Source of the DNA: Vulcanimicrobiota bacterium
GTDB lineage: Bacteria > Vulcanimicrobiota > Vulcanimicrobiia > Eremiobacterales > Eremiobacteraceae
Direction: 5' to 3'
Assembly (NCBI GenBank): GCA_963805945.1
Contig: CAWDVP010000006.1
Coordinates: forward strand, 416,001-480,000
Length of the DNA: 64,000 bases
Below are positions 49,142 through 59,604 of this stretch, piece after piece. The stretch's first letter is position 1; each line of letters starts with the position of its first letter. The notes beneath the pieces were generated by a model, which searched no databases, was not told the origin of the DNA, and saw only the letters and a list, made by a program, of their open reading frames with translations. The translations under genes were made by a program, and so were the position numbers.

Positions 49142-49911
49142 GCGCCGCGGACGCAGCGAAGGTCGCCGACGGCGCCGAGACGGGCGCCGTTTCCGTTCGC
49201 GGTCTGGTGAAGCGCTACGGCGATGTCGTCGCGGTGGACGATCTGTCGTTCGACGTCGCGAGCGGCGAGTTCTTCGGCTTCCTCGGCCCCAACGGCGCCG
49301 GCAAGACGACGACTATCAACGCGATCGTCGGGCTTGCCAATTTCCAGGCCGGCTCCATCCATATCTTCGGCGCCGATAGCGTCACGGACTATCGCCGCGC
49401 GCGTTCGTATGTCGGCCTCTCGCCGCAGGACTTCAATTTCGACCGCTACCTCACGGTCGAAGAGATCCTCATCTATCAGGGCGGCTACTACGGCATGCCG
49501 CAAGCGACCGCGCGGCCACGCGTCGCGCAACTGCTCGAACAGTTCGAGCTCACCGACAAACGCCGCTCCACCTACCTGCAGCTCTCCGGCGGCATGAAAC
49601 GCCGCCTCTCGCTCGCGCGCGCGCTCGTGCATCAGCCACGCCTACTCATCCTCGACGAGCCGACCGCCGGCATGGACGTCGAGCTGCGGCTCGAGCTGTG
49701 GGAATTCCTCAAGCGCATCAACGCCGACGGCATGACCGTGTTCATGACCTCGCATTACCTCGAAGAGGTCGAGATGTTGTGCTCCCGCATCGGCATCATC
49801 GACGGCGGCAAGCTCGTCGCGCTTGAGAATAAGGACGCGCTCGTCGCCACGCACGGCCGCGGCGGGCTGCAGGACTTCTTCTTGGACCTCGTCGGGCGGC
49901 GGCCGCGATGA
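49138..49911 (+). CDS. ABC-2 type transporter ATP-binding protein (start uncertain)
   Basis: GPNGAGKTT, LSGGMKRR, LDEPTAG; start placed at in-frame CTG overlapping the upstream TGA. Confidence 0.85.
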   Translation: MSAADAAKVADGAETGAVSVRGLVKRYGDVVAVDDLSFDVASGEFFGFLGPNGAGKTTTINAIVGLANFQAGSIHIFGADSVTDYRRARSYVGLSPQDFNFDRYLTVEEILIYQGGYYGMPQATARPRVAQLLEQFELTDKRRSTYLQLSGGMKRRLSLARALVHQPRLLILDEPTAGMDVELRLELWEFLKRINADGMTVFMTSHYLEEVEMLCSRIGIIDGGKLVALENKDALVATHGRGGLQDFFLDLVGRRPR

Positions 49912-50675
49912 TCGCGAACTGGGTCGGCCTCGAGACGATCGTGCGGCGCGAGTTCAAACGCACGATGATGACCATCAATCAGGTCGTGTGGCCGCCGATC
50001 ATCTCGACGCTGCTGTTCCTCTTCATCTTCGGCGTCGGCTTGAGCAACTCGATGCGCACGATGAGCGGCGTGCCGTACGTGCAGTTCCTCTTGCCAGGCC
50101 TGGTGATGCTCAACGTCATCTCGTCGAGTTACGACGAATCGTCGTCATCGCTCTTCCAGCAGCGCTTCCAGATGTCCATTCAGGAGCTGCTCATCGCGCC
50201 GCTCTCGCACTTGGAGCTTCTGCTCGGCTACCTCGTCGGCAGCATCCTGCGCGGCGTGGTCATCGGCGGACTCGTCATGGGGATCGGGCTGCTCATCGTG
50301 CACGTCGCGCCGCAGGACGGGCTGGTGCTCTTCTACTTCATGCTGATCACGTCGCTGCTGTTCTCCGCCGTGGGCATGATCGCGGGGCTGCTGGCGAAGA
50401 CGTTCGACAATCTCGCCATTTTGACGACGTTCATCATCACGCCCCTGACCTATGTGGGCGGCGTCTTCTCGAGCATCCACCAACTGCCCCCGATCGTCCA
50501 ACGGATCGCGTACTTCAACCCGATGCAGTATATGGTGGACGGGCTGCGCTTCGGCTACCTTGGGGCGTCGGACATCAATCCGATGGTGGACGCCGCGGTC
50601 GTCACCGTGCTCGCCATCGCCGCGTTCTCCGTCGCGTATTGGATGACCAAGAAGGGCGTCAACCTCAAGGTCTAG
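49908..50675 (+). CDS. ABC-2 type permease (YadH-like)
   Basis: PPIISTLLF, YVQFLLPGL, TPLTYVGGVF, NPMQYMVDGLR. Confidence 0.88.
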   Translation: MIANWVGLETIVRREFKRTMMTINQVVWPPIISTLLFLFIFGVGLSNSMRTMSGVPYVQFLLPGLVMLNVISSSYDESSSSLFQQRFQMSIQELLIAPLSHLELLLGYLVGSILRGVVIGGLVMGIGLLIVHVAPQDGLVLFYFMLITSLLFSAVGMIAGLLAKTFDNLAILTTFIITPLTYVGGVFSSIHQLPPIVQRIAYFNPMQYMVDGLRFGYLGASDINPMVDAAVVTVLAIAAFSVAYWMTKKGVNLKV

Positions 50676-50736
50676 GGCCGATCTGAAGATCGGCCCCTAC
50701 CTTGCTCGAGGGCCGATCTAAAGATCGGCCCCTACA
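50675..50736 (-). repeat. Tandem direct REP doublet between convergent genes
   Basis: Minus GTAG-GGGCCGATC-TT(T/C)A-GATCGGCCC at 50710-50736 and 50675-50700. Confidence 0.85.
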
Positions 50737-51189
50737 TCACTTGCCCTTCTTGGAGGGGGCGGTCAGGCTCTTGCCTTCGTACTCTTCTACTTGCTTGCGC
50801 CGCTCGTCGGAGATGAGCGTCGAGCGCTCGTTCGCAAAATCGTACATGACCGACACCGAGTTCACCTCGGCGACCAATTGCCCGGTGGCCGCGTTGGTGA
50901 TCTCCACTTCCACGAGAAACGACGAGCGACGCAGTTCGACGACCCGGCAGCCGACGAGCAGCTCGTCGCCCAGCTTCGCAGACGCATGGTACCGCGCGGT
51001 CAGCTCGGCGAGCACGAAGTCGAGCTCCTCGACGTTCTTCATGCCGCACACCTGCATCCAATACTCGTTGCGCGCCGTCTCGCAGTAGGTCAGATAGACC
51101 GCATGATTGACGTGGCGCAAGCCGTCGATGTCGCGGAAGACGACCTTGATCGGCCGTACGAATTTGAAACGGTTGAGCCGTCCGTCCAT
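50737..51189 (-). CDS. Acyl-CoA thioesterase (4HBT/YbgC-like)
   Basis: DIDGLRHVNHAVYLTYCETAR. Confidence 0.88.
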   Translation of the reverse strand: MDGRLNRFKFVRPIKVVFRDIDGLRHVNHAVYLTYCETARNEYWMQVCGMKNVEELDFVLAELTARYHASAKLGDELLVGCRVVELRRSSFLVEVEITNAATGQLVAEVNSVSVMYDFANERSTLISDERRKQVEEYEGKSLTAPSKKGK

Positions 51190-51196
51190 CTCCAAC

Positions 51197-51556
51197 CTAT
51201 GCGGCCTGAGACGGCGGCGACAGCCGTTGTCGGACGTACGCTCCCGCGTACACCCCGAGCAACGGCGGCACGAGCGCGAGCAGCGGCGCGACGATGTCTT
51301 TGAAGTGCGGTTGGCCGAAGGGGTAGGTCAGCCGATAGACGATCTCCGCGATCGGCACCCAGACGCCGAGCACGAGCGCCCATCGCCATGGCGCGCGCGG
51401 CTCAAGGAAGCCGAGCAGACCGCCGAACAAGAGCAGCAGCACGTAGACCAGCACGTCGCCGGCGCCGTGCAGCCCGGCGTACGCCGTTATGAAACCAAGG
51501 ACTATACCCAAGGCCGTAAGCCAGAGCGTTGTGGTCCCCACGAATCGCTCCTTCAA
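51197..51556 (-). CDS. Hypothetical membrane protein
   Basis: Four hydrophobic segments; P..PWRWAL; TTG start uncertain. Confidence 0.6.
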   Translation of the reverse strand: MKERFVGTTTLWLTALGIVLGFITAYAGLHGAGDVLVYVLLLLFGGLLGFLEPRAPWRWALVLGVWVPIAEIVYRLTYPFGQPHFKDIVAPLLALVPPLLGVYAGAYVRQRLSPPSQAA

Positions 51557-51572
51557 GACCCCCGCTGCACAA

Positions 51573-51964
51573 TCATTTCGGGCCCGCCAGCACGGCGTCC
51601 GCCTCGATCTCGACGACGATGTCGGGCGCGATGAGGCGCCGCACTTCGACCGCCGTGCACGCCGGCCGCACATCGCCGAACATCTCGGCATGCGCTGTGC
51701 CGACCGCGTGCCAGTCATTGATGTCGGTCACGAAGATGCGCGTGCGCACTACGTCTTCCGGCCGCGCTCCGGCTTCGCGCAGGGCGTCGGCGATGCGTTC
51801 GAGCGCACGCTGGCCTGCGTGTAGGCGTCCGGCCCCGCGACGACGCCGTGGCCATCCGTCCCGGTGGTGCCGGAGACATAGACGTGCGACCCGGCTCGCA
51901 CGGCTCTGGAAAAACCGACGAGCGGCTCCCATGGAGATGGGCTTGCGATGCGGAGGCGTTCCAT
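51573..51964 (-). pseudogene. RidA/YjgF family protein with one missing base near 51812 (possibly a sequencing error)
   Basis: WEPLVGFSRAVRAG..VYVSGTT..AYTQA in one frame; QRALERI..DVVRTRIFVTD..RPACT..VEIEADA in another. Confidence 0.85.
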
Positions 51965-52017
51965 CGGAGTTCTCCTAACCAGAGGTGGCCCTGACCGCGC
52001 TCACGTGAAGGATCATT

Positions 52018-54540
52018 ATGGCGGCCACCGAGTTCCATATCGAAGTCCGGCCGAGTATTCCGGCGCGGCTCGCGAAACTCCCCGACTTGGCCAACGATCT
52101 GCGCTATAGTTGGGACCGTGGCACGCGCTCGATGTTCGCCCGGCTCGACCAGCGGCTGTGGGAGGCCGTCGGGCACAATCCCAAAGTGTTCCTGCGCCGC
52201 GTCGAGGAAGGCCGCCTCGCCAAGGCCGCCGAGGATCCCGTCTATCTCGAAGCATACGATCAAGCGGTCTCGCGCTACGAGACCTATGTGCACGACGCAC
52301 CGCGGCGCAGCGCCGCCTCGCTCGCCGAGGACGATCTCGTCGCGTATTTCTCCGCCGAGTTCGGATTCCACGAGAGCGTCCAGATCTATTCCGGGGGCTT
52401 GGGCGTGCTCGCGGCGGATCATTGCAAGGCATCAAGCGATCTCGGATTGCCCTTCGTCGCGGTGGGATTGCTCTATCGCCAGGGCTACTTCACGCAGACG
52501 ATCGACGGCGACGGCAATCAGATCGCGACCTATCACCCTTCCGATTTCCAGGACTATCCGATCGCGCCGGCGGTCGACGCGGGCGGCAAAGAGATCCGCG
52601 TGCGCGTCAAGATCGGCGAAGCCGAGGTTTCGGTGCGCGTCTGGACCGCGCGCATCGGCCGCGTGAAGATACTGCTGCTCGACACCGATTCCGAGGAGAA
52701 CTCGGCGGCCGATCGCCAGATCACGTATCAGCTCTACGGCGGCGATCTCGACATGCGCATCAAGCAAGAGATCATCCTCGGCGTGGGCGGCGTGCGCGCC
52801 CTGCGCGCGGTCGGACTCGCGCCGACGATCTGGCACATCAACGAAGGGCATGCCGCCTTCTCGATCCTCGAGCGATGCCGCGAATACGTGGCCGGCGGTC
52901 TCGATTTTCCGGCGGCGCTGGAAGCCACCGCGGCGGCGACGATCTTCACCACGCACACGGCGGTCGAAGCCGGCCACGACGTCTTCGGATTGCCGATGGT
53001 CGGGCACTACCTCGGCGACATGGCGGGTGCCCTGAAGCTCGACCCGCATACCTTCGGCGAGATCGGACGCAAACCGGATCAGGGCAACGGCTTCAACCAG
53101 ACCGCGCTCGGCATCCATGGTTCGCGCTATCAGAACGGCGTGAGCCGGATACACGGTCGCATCTCAGCCGAGCTGTGCGCCTCGCTCTGGCCGGAGGTGC
53201 CGCCCGAAGAGAACCCGATGTCATACGTCACCAACGGCGTCCACGTCGCCACGTTCCTCGCGCGCGAATGGGTGAATCTGTTCAACACCGCGCTCGGCGC
53301 CGAGTGGCGCGGCGCTCAGGCGGATGCGGAGTTCTGGCTGCGCCTCAACACCATCCCCGACCAGCTCTACTGGAGCGTGCGCCAGTCGATCAAGTCGCAG
53401 CTGATCACGGACCTGAGCAAACGGCTCACCGCGCAGTATCGCCGCAACGGCGCCAGCGAGGCGCAGGTCGACCGGCTGCTGCACCTGTTGCAGCCCGACG
53501 ACCCCAACGTGCTGCTCGTCGGCTTCGCGCGCCGCTTCGCCACCTACAAACGGGCGACGCTGCTGCTGCGCGATCTCGAACGCCTCGAACGTCTCGTCAG
53601 CGATCCGGAGAAGCCGGTCGTCTTCGTCTTCGCCGGCAAGGCGCACCCGGCGGACGAGCCCGGCCAGGAGATGATGCGCCAGCTCTTCGAGATCTCGCGC
53701 TTGCCGTCGTTCCTCGGCAAGATCCTGCTCGTCGAGGGCTACGATCTGAGCTTGGCCCGTCACATGGTGTCCGGGATGGACGTGTGGCTCAACACGCCCA
53801 CCTATCCGCTCGAAGCGAGCGGCACGTCCGGACAGAAAGCCGGCATCAACGGAGTGCTCAATCTCAGCGTGCTCGACGGCTGGTGGGGCGAGGGCTACGA
53901 CGGCGCCAACGGCTGGGCGATACGGCCGTTCCCGATCGACGCGGATCTAGAACGCCGCAATCGCGAAGAGGCCGCCAATCTCTACGACATCCTCGAGCGA
54001 GAGGTGCTGCCGCTCTACTACGAACGCCACGCGCTCGGCTACTCGAAGGGCTGGGTGGAGAAATCGAAGCGCTCGATGCGCACGTTGCTGCCGCGCTTCT
54101 CCGCCCAGCGCATGGTCACCGAGTACTCGACGTCGTTCTACCAGCGCGCCTCGCAACACGGACGTCATCTCGCCGCTGACAACTTCGCCGCGGCATCCGC
54201 GCTCGCCGCCTGGAAGACCCACGTGCGGGGCGCATGGCAGGGAGCGAAGCTGCGTCTGGTCGGCAAACCGGTGACCGATCTCGCGTTCGGCAGCGAGGCG
54301 CGACTGGAAGTGGCGGCCACGCTCAACGGCCTCTCGCCGAGCGACGTCCGCATCGAGTGTCTGTTCGGCGGCAAAGCATATCAGTTCGTCGAGTCCGGAG
54401 CGCTCAGCGACGGCGAGCATCGCTTCACCCTCGACCTCCATCCGGAGATGTGCGGCCTGGTCGGCTACCGTATCCGGATGCTGCCGTACCATGAATTGCT
54501 GGCGCACCCGCACGAACTCGGCCTCATGATGTGGCTGTGA
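52018..54540 (+). CDS. glgP: Alpha-glucan phosphorylase
   Basis: YFSAEFG, YSGGLG, HINEGH, FARRFATYKR, EASGTSGQK. Confidence 0.93.
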   Translation: MAATEFHIEVRPSIPARLAKLPDLANDLRYSWDRGTRSMFARLDQRLWEAVGHNPKVFLRRVEEGRLAKAAEDPVYLEAYDQAVSRYETYVHDAPRRSAASLAEDDLVAYFSAEFGFHESVQIYSGGLGVLAADHCKASSDLGLPFVAVGLLYRQGYFTQTIDGDGNQIATYHPSDFQDYPIAPAVDAGGKEIRVRVKIGEAEVSVRVWTARIGRVKILLLDTDSEENSAADRQITYQLYGGDLDMRIKQEIILGVGGVRALRAVGLAPTIWHINEGHAAFSILERCREYVAGGLDFPAALEATAAATIFTTHTAVEAGHDVFGLPMVGHYLGDMAGALKLDPHTFGEIGRKPDQGNGFNQTALGIHGSRYQNGVSRIHGRISAELCASLWPEVPPEENPMSYVTNGVHVATFLAREWVNLFNTALGAEWRGAQADAEFWLRLNTIPDQLYWSVRQSIKSQLITDLSKRLTAQYRRNGASEAQVDRLLHLLQPDDPNVLLVGFARRFATYKRATLLLRDLERLERLVSDPEKPVVFVFAGKAHPADEPGQEMMRQLFEISRLPSFLGKILLVEGYDLSLARHMVSGMDVWLNTPTYPLEASGTSGQKAGINGVLNLSVLDGWWGEGYDGANGWAIRPFPIDADLERRNREEAANLYDILEREVLPLYYERHALGYSKGWVEKSKRSMRTLLPRFSAQRMVTEYSTSFYQRASQHGRHLAADNFAAASALAAWKTHVRGAWQGAKLRLVGKPVTDLAFGSEARLEVAATLNGLSPSDVRIECLFGGKAYQFVESGALSDGEHRFTLDLHPEMCGLVGYRIRMLPYHELLAHPHELGLMMWL

Positions 54541-56578
54541 TGCAGCGCAGCCGGATCGTGCGTTCCGCGTGCTGCCCCGGTTCCAGCGACACCGGCCACG
54601 CGAGCGAGATGCCCGCGGCCTGCATGATCTTCTCGAAGCCCAGCTCTGAGCGCGACACAGTATAGAGCGGCCGCGCGGCGAGCTCGCCCGCCGGCTCGAA
54701 ATGCAGCGCGACACTGCCGCCGAGCACGGTATCCGCAAGCGTCAGTTCGCCGGCAGCCGGCACGTGCAGCGCCGTCGCGAAACCTCCCCGCACGTCGCCC
54801 TCGATCAGGTAACTGCCGCCTGGTCCCTCGGCACTCGGCATCGCTAGATCGATTCCCACGCGCAGCACGCCTGAGACGAGCTGCGACGCTCGCAACGCGT
54901 AGCCGATCGTGACGGCGTCGCCTTCAACCCGGTAGACCTTCTCGACGTCCAACCCATCGAGGCGTGCGACGCACAGCGCCGCCGCGTCCCCTGCGCGGGC
55001 CTCGCCGTCGTATTCTATCGGATGGGCCTCGCCGTCCGGGCCCTGGTGCCACGAGTCGACGAACAGCCCGCGCGGCATGCGGTCCAGCTCCAGATCGGCT
55101 GCTTCGATGCGATCGACGAAGGCGACCCGCTCGTGTATGGAGAGTATCGAGCGGTCGGGTTCATCCGACCGCTTCGGTCGCGGCCGCACGATCCCGCCGC
55201 CGAGGATGGTGCGTATGTCGTCGTGATACTCCTCGTCGCGCCGCGCGAGCACGTCTGCGAGATCGACGCCGAAGCCGTAGTCGGTCAGTTCGCACACGAC
55301 GCCTCCGTCGCGCGGCCGCAACACGGCATAGAACCGGCCTGCACGCAGGGCTATCTCGGGCCGGCCGTCGAGGTCGATATCCTCTGTCGCGCTTGCGGGG
55401 CGTGCGCGCTCGCGGTCGAGCTCCGCGTCGAGCTCGGCGAGGTTGGCGTAGACGGAGCGCCGCAAGAACGGCAGGTAGATGCCGCCGAACATGCCATGCC
55501 AGTACGCGTCGTTGGCCTGCGCCCGATGCAGCGCCGCGCGCATCGGATCGGTCTGCCGCTCGGTGGGCAGGCCGTGGAACCGCGCTGAGGCGCCGAGCAC
55601 GCGCTTGTGCATCCAGTTGGCCTCCGGGTATTTCGTGAGGAAGTTCTTCCACGTGCCGCCGCGCAGATACGATCGATCTTGCTCGTGCGTGCCGGCGACC
55701 TGCGAACGCTCTGTGAGCCCTCGCAGCCGCCTGGCGGCCCACGCGGACAGCGTCCATTCGCCCATCTCCGCATACGACGTGGTGGGCAGATACACGAGTC
55801 CCGAACTCGGCGTGCTCGCATGGAACTGGCCGAGCGTCTGGGTCTCGATGTGTTGCGATGCTTCGATCTGGGTGAAGAACGCCTCGAGCCAGCCTCGTCC
55901 GTAGACCCATTCGAACGTGTCCGGCCAGATGCCGAACTTCTCGAGGTCATCGAAGTAGATCGCCGCAGCCGGTGACGCCTCGATCGCGGCGACCACCTCG
56001 GCGGCCGGCGTGAACGGGATCATGTACCGCAGCGACTCGGAGATGGGGAACAGATCGAGACGCCGGCCATCCTCTTCAGTGGTGAAATATCCGGTCAGCT
56101 CGTCGAGCGTTCTTCCCGCGCTGAGGAAATGGTAGTCGTCCACAGCGACGTAGTCGATGCCGCAGTCCGCGAGCGCGGGCAGGACGGTCGTCTCCCATAC
56201 GCGTTCGGCCAGCCATGCGCCGCGCGGCTGTACGCCGAAAAGCGCGCTGACGCGCGCCGTCATGGCGCGCAGCTGTTCGCGCCGGTCGATGTCCGGGATC
56301 GCGGCGAGCACCGGCTCCGTGTCACCGCCGCCCAGCACCTCGATCTGTCCGCGCGCGAGCATACGCGTGATGCGCGCGACGCCGGCGGGATAGGTCTGCG
56401 CGAGGTAGCCGAGCAGCCAACCGCTGACGTGCAGGCTGAAACGGACGCGCGGATGCCGCTCGGCGATCTCGAGGAAACGTCCGTAGCAGCGCTGCCATGC
56501 GTCGTCGATCACGGAGGTGAAATTGCCCACCGGCTGGTGCGCGTGAAAGCCGAGCAGCAGCCGCACCGCCGCGCTCAT
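54524..56578 (-). CDS. GH57 alpha-amylase/4-alpha-glucanotransferase
   Basis: HAHQP, WLAERVWE, DDLEKFGIW, YPEANWMHKR, NDAYWHG. Confidence 0.88.
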   Translation of the reverse strand: MSAAVRLLLGFHAHQPVGNFTSVIDDAWQRCYGRFLEIAERHPRVRFSLHVSGWLLGYLAQTYPAGVARITRMLARGQIEVLGGGDTEPVLAAIPDIDRREQLRAMTARVSALFGVQPRGAWLAERVWETTVLPALADCGIDYVAVDDYHFLSAGRTLDELTGYFTTEEDGRRLDLFPISESLRYMIPFTPAAEVVAAIEASPAAAIYFDDLEKFGIWPDTFEWVYGRGWLEAFFTQIEASQHIETQTLGQFHASTPSSGLVYLPTTSYAEMGEWTLSAWAARRLRGLTERSQVAGTHEQDRSYLRGGTWKNFLTKYPEANWMHKRVLGASARFHGLPTERQTDPMRAALHRAQANDAYWHGMFGGIYLPFLRRSVYANLAELDAELDRERARPASATEDIDLDGRPEIALRAGRFYAVLRPRDGGVVCELTDYGFGVDLADVLARRDEEYHDDIRTILGGGIVRPRPKRSDEPDRSILSIHERVAFVDRIEAADLELDRMPRGLFVDSWHQGPDGEAHPIEYDGEARAGDAAALCVARLDGLDVEKVYRVEGDAVTIGYALRASQLVSGVLRVGIDLAMPSAEGPGGSYLIEGDVRGGFATALHVPAAGELTLADTVLGGSVALHFEPAGELAARPLYTVSRSELGFEKIMQAAGISLAWPVSLEPGQHAERTIRLRCITATS

Positions 56579-58254
56579 GCTGTGTCGCCAGTAGTCGACG
56601 CACGCATGACGCCCAAGTGTTCCGGTGCGCCCCTGCCGACGCTCACCGCCTCGTCCAGGTCCCCGGGCGGCGCTTCGCCGAGCGCAGCGTAGAGATCGCG
56701 CAGATGCGCGCGGAACAAACGCTCGAAATCGCTCACGGGCTCCGCCGCGTTGTAGCCGCCCAACCACCAGAACCAGTCCGACGCTTCGCAGGCACGCAGC
56801 GCGGCCTCCGCGGAGCGCCGCGCCTGCTCGTCGAGACGCCCGCTCGCCGCGGCCCCGTCGTAGGCGCGCTTTGCCGCGGCCAAGAGATCCCAGCCGTGGT
56901 TCTTATCGCGATCGCCGATCCAGGTCGCGAACGTGCCACCGACCCAGCTGCCTGCGACGATCCTGTCGAGGCTGGGCAGCGACGGCGCCGCTTTGAGGTG
57001 CTCGGAGAACGTCGTCAGCCGCAGGTGCGGATGGCCGCTCAAGCGCTCGTACAGCGCGTCCAAGAAGGCGCGCCCGTTGTCTTCATAATACTCCCACGCG
57101 TTCTCGCCGTCGAGCGCGAGGGTCGCGACCGGCGCTGCTTCGCCGGCCGTCGCCGCGGCGATGCCGGCCAGCGCGCCGATGAGGTCTTCTGCGGCATCGT
57201 CGGCACGCCAACTCGAGTAGACGAAACCCACGCGATCGGACAGCTCGTCGTCGCGGAAGAAGCAGGTGATCGTGCCGGCTTCCGTGTGTACGTGATACGG
57301 TGTATAAAGATAGGCGCGACGCCTGCCTGGTTCGCCACGTCGCACGCCGAGGCTGTGCGCTAAGACGGCCTCGCCGCTCGCCGCCCATACGAAGCCGTTG
57401 GCCGCCAGCGCGGCGAGCGTCGCCATCGAGACGCCGCCCTCGGGGGGCCAGCAGCCGGTCGGCATCGCTCCGAAGGCGCGGGCGTGGTACTCTTTGCCTT
57501 CGTGCAGCTGGATCTCCGCGCGGGGGGTTCCACCCGCATACTCAGCTGCCCCGGGCATGTCCGCACCGGGCTGCGCCTCGAGCGCCGCCTTGAATTCGAT
57601 CAACAACGGCAGCATCGGATGCGCGTAGGGCGAGGTCGAGAGCTCGATGCGGCCGGCGTGCGAGAGCGCGCGATAGCGCGGGATGATCCCGGCGACGATC
57701 TCGCCGATGACCGCGAGCAGCCCCGCGCGGTCCGCCTCGTCGAAGCCGCGGCGTTTGGCGGCCAGGCGCGCGACGCGCTCATCGCCGCGACTGCCTTCGC
57801 CCAGCCACGCGAGGTGATACCACACGAGCGCATCGCTGCGGTCCGCCGCCGAAAGCGGCGCGCCGCCAGATGCTTCGTCGCCGGCGAGGCTGTACAGCCG
57901 CTCGAAGTCGGGGAAACGCGCGACCACGCGCGCCTCGTTGGCGCGGGTCAAGCGATGTGCGAGTCGCGCTCGCAGCGCCGGCTCATCCGCATCGCCTTGC
58001 CGTAGCGCGCGCAGCAGGGGATCCCGGAACGCTCCCGTCGCGAATTGGCGCTCGTAGTCGCGCAACTGCTCGAGCAGCACCGGCGTGAAATTGATCACCG
58101 CGCGCGCCCCCGGCGCTTGCTCGAGGTGCCACGCCATGTCGGCGTAGTCTTTCATCGCGTGCAGGTAGACCCAGGGCTGCTGATATTCGCCGTCCGCGGT
58201 CCGATAGCTCGGCTGGTGCATGTGCCAGCAGAGCACGACGTCGAGAGGCTTCAC
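56575..58254 (-). CDS. GH57 glycoside hydrolase (amylopullulanase-like)
   Basis: WHMHQP, CWPPEG, LDGENAWE, SDWFWW. Confidence 0.88.
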   Translation of the reverse strand: MKPLDVVLCWHMHQPSYRTADGEYQQPWVYLHAMKDYADMAWHLEQAPGARAVINFTPVLLEQLRDYERQFATGAFRDPLLRALRQGDADEPALRARLAHRLTRANEARVVARFPDFERLYSLAGDEASGGAPLSAADRSDALVWYHLAWLGEGSRGDERVARLAAKRRGFDEADRAGLLAVIGEIVAGIIPRYRALSHAGRIELSTSPYAHPMLPLLIEFKAALEAQPGADMPGAAEYAGGTPRAEIQLHEGKEYHARAFGAMPTGCWPPEGGVSMATLAALAANGFVWAASGEAVLAHSLGVRRGEPGRRRAYLYTPYHVHTEAGTITCFFRDDELSDRVGFVYSSWRADDAAEDLIGALAGIAAATAGEAAPVATLALDGENAWEYYEDNGRAFLDALYERLSGHPHLRLTTFSEHLKAAPSLPSLDRIVAGSWVGGTFATWIGDRDKNHGWDLLAAAKRAYDGAAASGRLDEQARRSAEAALRACEASDWFWWLGGYNAAEPVSDFERLFRAHLRDLYAALGEAPPGDLDEAVSVGRGAPEHLGVMRASTTGDTA

Positions 58255-58261
58255 GTGCGCG

Positions 58262-59539
58262 CTAGCCGGCGTGATGCACTGGCTGCCCGAGCATCTCGGG
58301 CGTGACCACGGTGATGCCGCTTTCGGTCCGGTAGAAACGCCGCGCGTCGGCTTCCGGATCTTCGCCGACCACCAACTCGTCCGGGATCTCGCACAGCTTG
58401 TCGATCACCGTGCGGCGCAAGCGGCATCGCCGCCCGATCGTCACGTTCGGCAGCACCACAGAGTCTTCGACCAGGCTATACGAGTTCACGCGCACGCTGG
58501 AGAACAGCAGCGAGCGCTGCACGCGCGCACCCGACACGACCGAACCGCCGGACACGAGCGAATCGATCGCGGTGCCGCGACGCTCGCCCTCATCGTGCAC
58601 GAACTTCGCCGGCGGCACCTGCTCCTGGTACGTCCAGATCGGCCACGCGGCGTCGTAGAGATTCAGCGACGGCGTGAGCTTGGTGAGGTCGAGGTTGGCC
58701 TCCCAGTAGCCGTCCACCGTGCCGACATCGCGCCAGTACGGCGACGCGCCCTCGTCGCCGACCCAGCTCGAGCTGAAACGATGCGCGACCACTTTGCAAC
58801 GCGGCACGAGCGCGGGGATGAGATCGCGGCCGAAGTCGTGCATCGAGTCGGGCAGCGAGAGATCGGCGGCGAGCGCCTCGTAGAGGAACGCCGCGTTGAA
58901 GACGTAGATGCCCATGCTCGCCAGCGTCATGTCGGGCCGCCCGGGGATCGGCGCAGGCGTCGGGGTCTTCTCCTGGAACCCCGTGACCCGATCGTTCTCA
59001 TCCACGGTCATCGTGCCCAGCTCCACCGCGGCGGCCATGGGGATCTCGACCGCGCCGATCGTCACGTCGGCTTTCGTGGACACGTGATCGACCAGCATCT
59101 TGCCGTAGTCCATCTTATAGATGTGATCGCCGGCGAGCACGAGCACGTACTCAGGACGATGGGAGCGGATTATGTCGAGGTTCTGGTAGACGGCGTCGGC
59201 GGTGCCGCGATACCACGCCTCTTCGATGCGCTGCGAGGCGGGCAGGATCTCGACGCACTCGTTGAACTCGCCGCGCAGGAAGCTCCAGCCGCGCTGCAGG
59301 TGGCGGATGAGCGAATGCGCCTTGTACTGCGTGACCACGCCGATCTGGCGCACGCCGGAGTTGATGCAGTTCGACAGCGGAAAATCGATGATGCGGAATT
59401 TCCCGCCGAACGGAACCGCCGGCTTGGCGCGCCATTCGGTGAGATGCATGAGGCGCGAGCCCCGGCCGCCCGCCAGCACGAGTGCAAGCGTCTTCTTCGT
59501 GAGCAGGCTGACGAAGCGCGGCTGTTGGGATTGCGCCAT
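58262..59539 (-). CDS. glgC: Glucose-1-phosphate adenylyltransferase
   Basis: [51 protein letters not shown]. Confidence 0.95.
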   Translation of the reverse strand: MAQSQQPRFVSLLTKKTLALVLAGGRGSRLMHLTEWRAKPAVPFGGKFRIIDFPLSNCINSGVRQIGVVTQYKAHSLIRHLQRGWSFLRGEFNECVEILPASQRIEEAWYRGTADAVYQNLDIIRSHRPEYVLVLAGDHIYKMDYGKMLVDHVSTKADVTIGAVEIPMAAAVELGTMTVDENDRVTGFQEKTPTPAPIPGRPDMTLASMGIYVFNAAFLYEALAADLSLPDSMHDFGRDLIPALVPRCKVVAHRFSSSWVGDEGASPYWRDVGTVDGYWEANLDLTKLTPSLNLYDAAWPIWTYQEQVPPAKFVHDEGERRGTAIDSLVSGGSVVSGARVQRSLLFSSVRVNSYSLVEDSVVLPNVTIGRRCRLRRTVIDKLCEIPDELVVGEDPEADARRFYRTESGITVVTPEMLGQPVHHAG

Positions 59540-59604
59540 ACTCGCTCAACTCCTTGGAGAGCGGAGGGTTCTCCTTGGCACGTCCGAAGGGTGGCCTGCA
59601 AGCA

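Noticed and set aside
50675..50736. Tandem near-identical palindromes as a mini CRISPR array
   Set aside because: Only two units with a 9-nt gap, identical units dispersed elsewhere, no cas genes; fits REP
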